64,000 bases of DNA from Rhodoferax sp. GTDB lineage: Bacteria > Pseudomonadota > Gammaproteobacteria > Burkholderiales > Burkholderiaceae_C. The position numbers and the translations under genes were made by a program. Shown in pieces: positions 63,733-64,000 of this stretch. Below the pieces are notes generated by a model. The model was not told the DNA's origin, did not search any database, and was given only the letters and a program-made list of their open reading frames with translations. The stretch is from NCBI GenBank assembly GCA_016790475.1, contig JAEUOX010000172.1, forward strand, positions 30,557-94,556, written 5' to 3'. Each line of letters begins with the position of its first letter. Position 1 is the first letter of the stretch.

Positions 63733-64000
63733 GTGCGTCTGCTGTTGGTCGAGGATGACACCATGATCGGTGAAGTCGTGCTGGAGCTGCTGCGGTCGGA
63801 GCACTTCGCCGTGGACTGGGTGCGCGACGGCGAGATGGCTGACACCGCGCTGCGCAGCCAGCGCTACGACCTGGTGCTGCTCGACCTGGGTCTGCCGCGG
63901 CGCGACGGGCTCGATGTATTGCGCGCCCTGCGCGCGCGCAAGGACGGCACGCCGGTGCTGATCGTCACCGCCCGCGACGCGGTGCAGGAACGCATCACCG
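63733..64000 (+). CDS. OmpR-family response regulator (QseB/PmrA-like), 5' part; runs off the window end
   Basis: Manual translation from GTG (RBS AGGAG): MRLLLVEDDTMIGEVV...AVDWVRDG...YDLVLLDLGLPRRDGLDVLRALR...TPVLIVTARDAVQERI. Confidence 0.92.
   Translation, partial: MRLLLVEDDTMIGEVVLELLRSEHFAVDWVRDGEMADTALRSQRYDLVLLDLGLPRRDGLDVLRALRARKDGTPVLIVTARDAVQERIT

Overview
GC-rich betaproteobacterial (Burkholderiales, Comamonadaceae-like) core chromosome. No tRNA/rRNA, IS, prophage or CRISPR is visible. Gene order: acnB (partial)-exported hypothetical-citE-like-mdh <> GntR(SdhR-type)-sdhCDAB-sdhE-gltA; leuCDB-asd-fimV-truA-trpFBA-accD; yggT <> lysS; a long minus-strand run yceD-rpmF-plsX-fabHDG-acpP-fabF-hypothetical-rpoE-rseAB-degP, then lepA-lepB-DUF4845-rnc-era-recO-pdxJ-acpS-nagZ; maf-methyltransferase; rluC-HAD-Rieske-S49 <> rne; hemCDXY <> ppc; fimS-algR-choline-kinase-like <> argH-DsbG-like; and a partial QseB/PmrA-like regulator. 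The proteins are ordinary housekeeping genes; the interesting signals are cis-acting. (1) A candidate Trp-Trp leader peptide nested in an alternative frame inside trpF, behind an internal -10 and upstream of trpBA. (2) A leaderless 35-aa uORF ending TIKATTIKG, with alternative hairpins, in front of asd. (3) An 11-bp-phased, back-to-back DnaA-box array with IHF-like sites upstream of lepA. (4) A terminator inside the lepA leader. (5) Overlapping or back-to-back -10 elements at several divergent gene pairs, including a symmetric 25-bp double-leaderless yceD/maf spacer. All regulatory calls were read by eye and need comparative or experimental checks.
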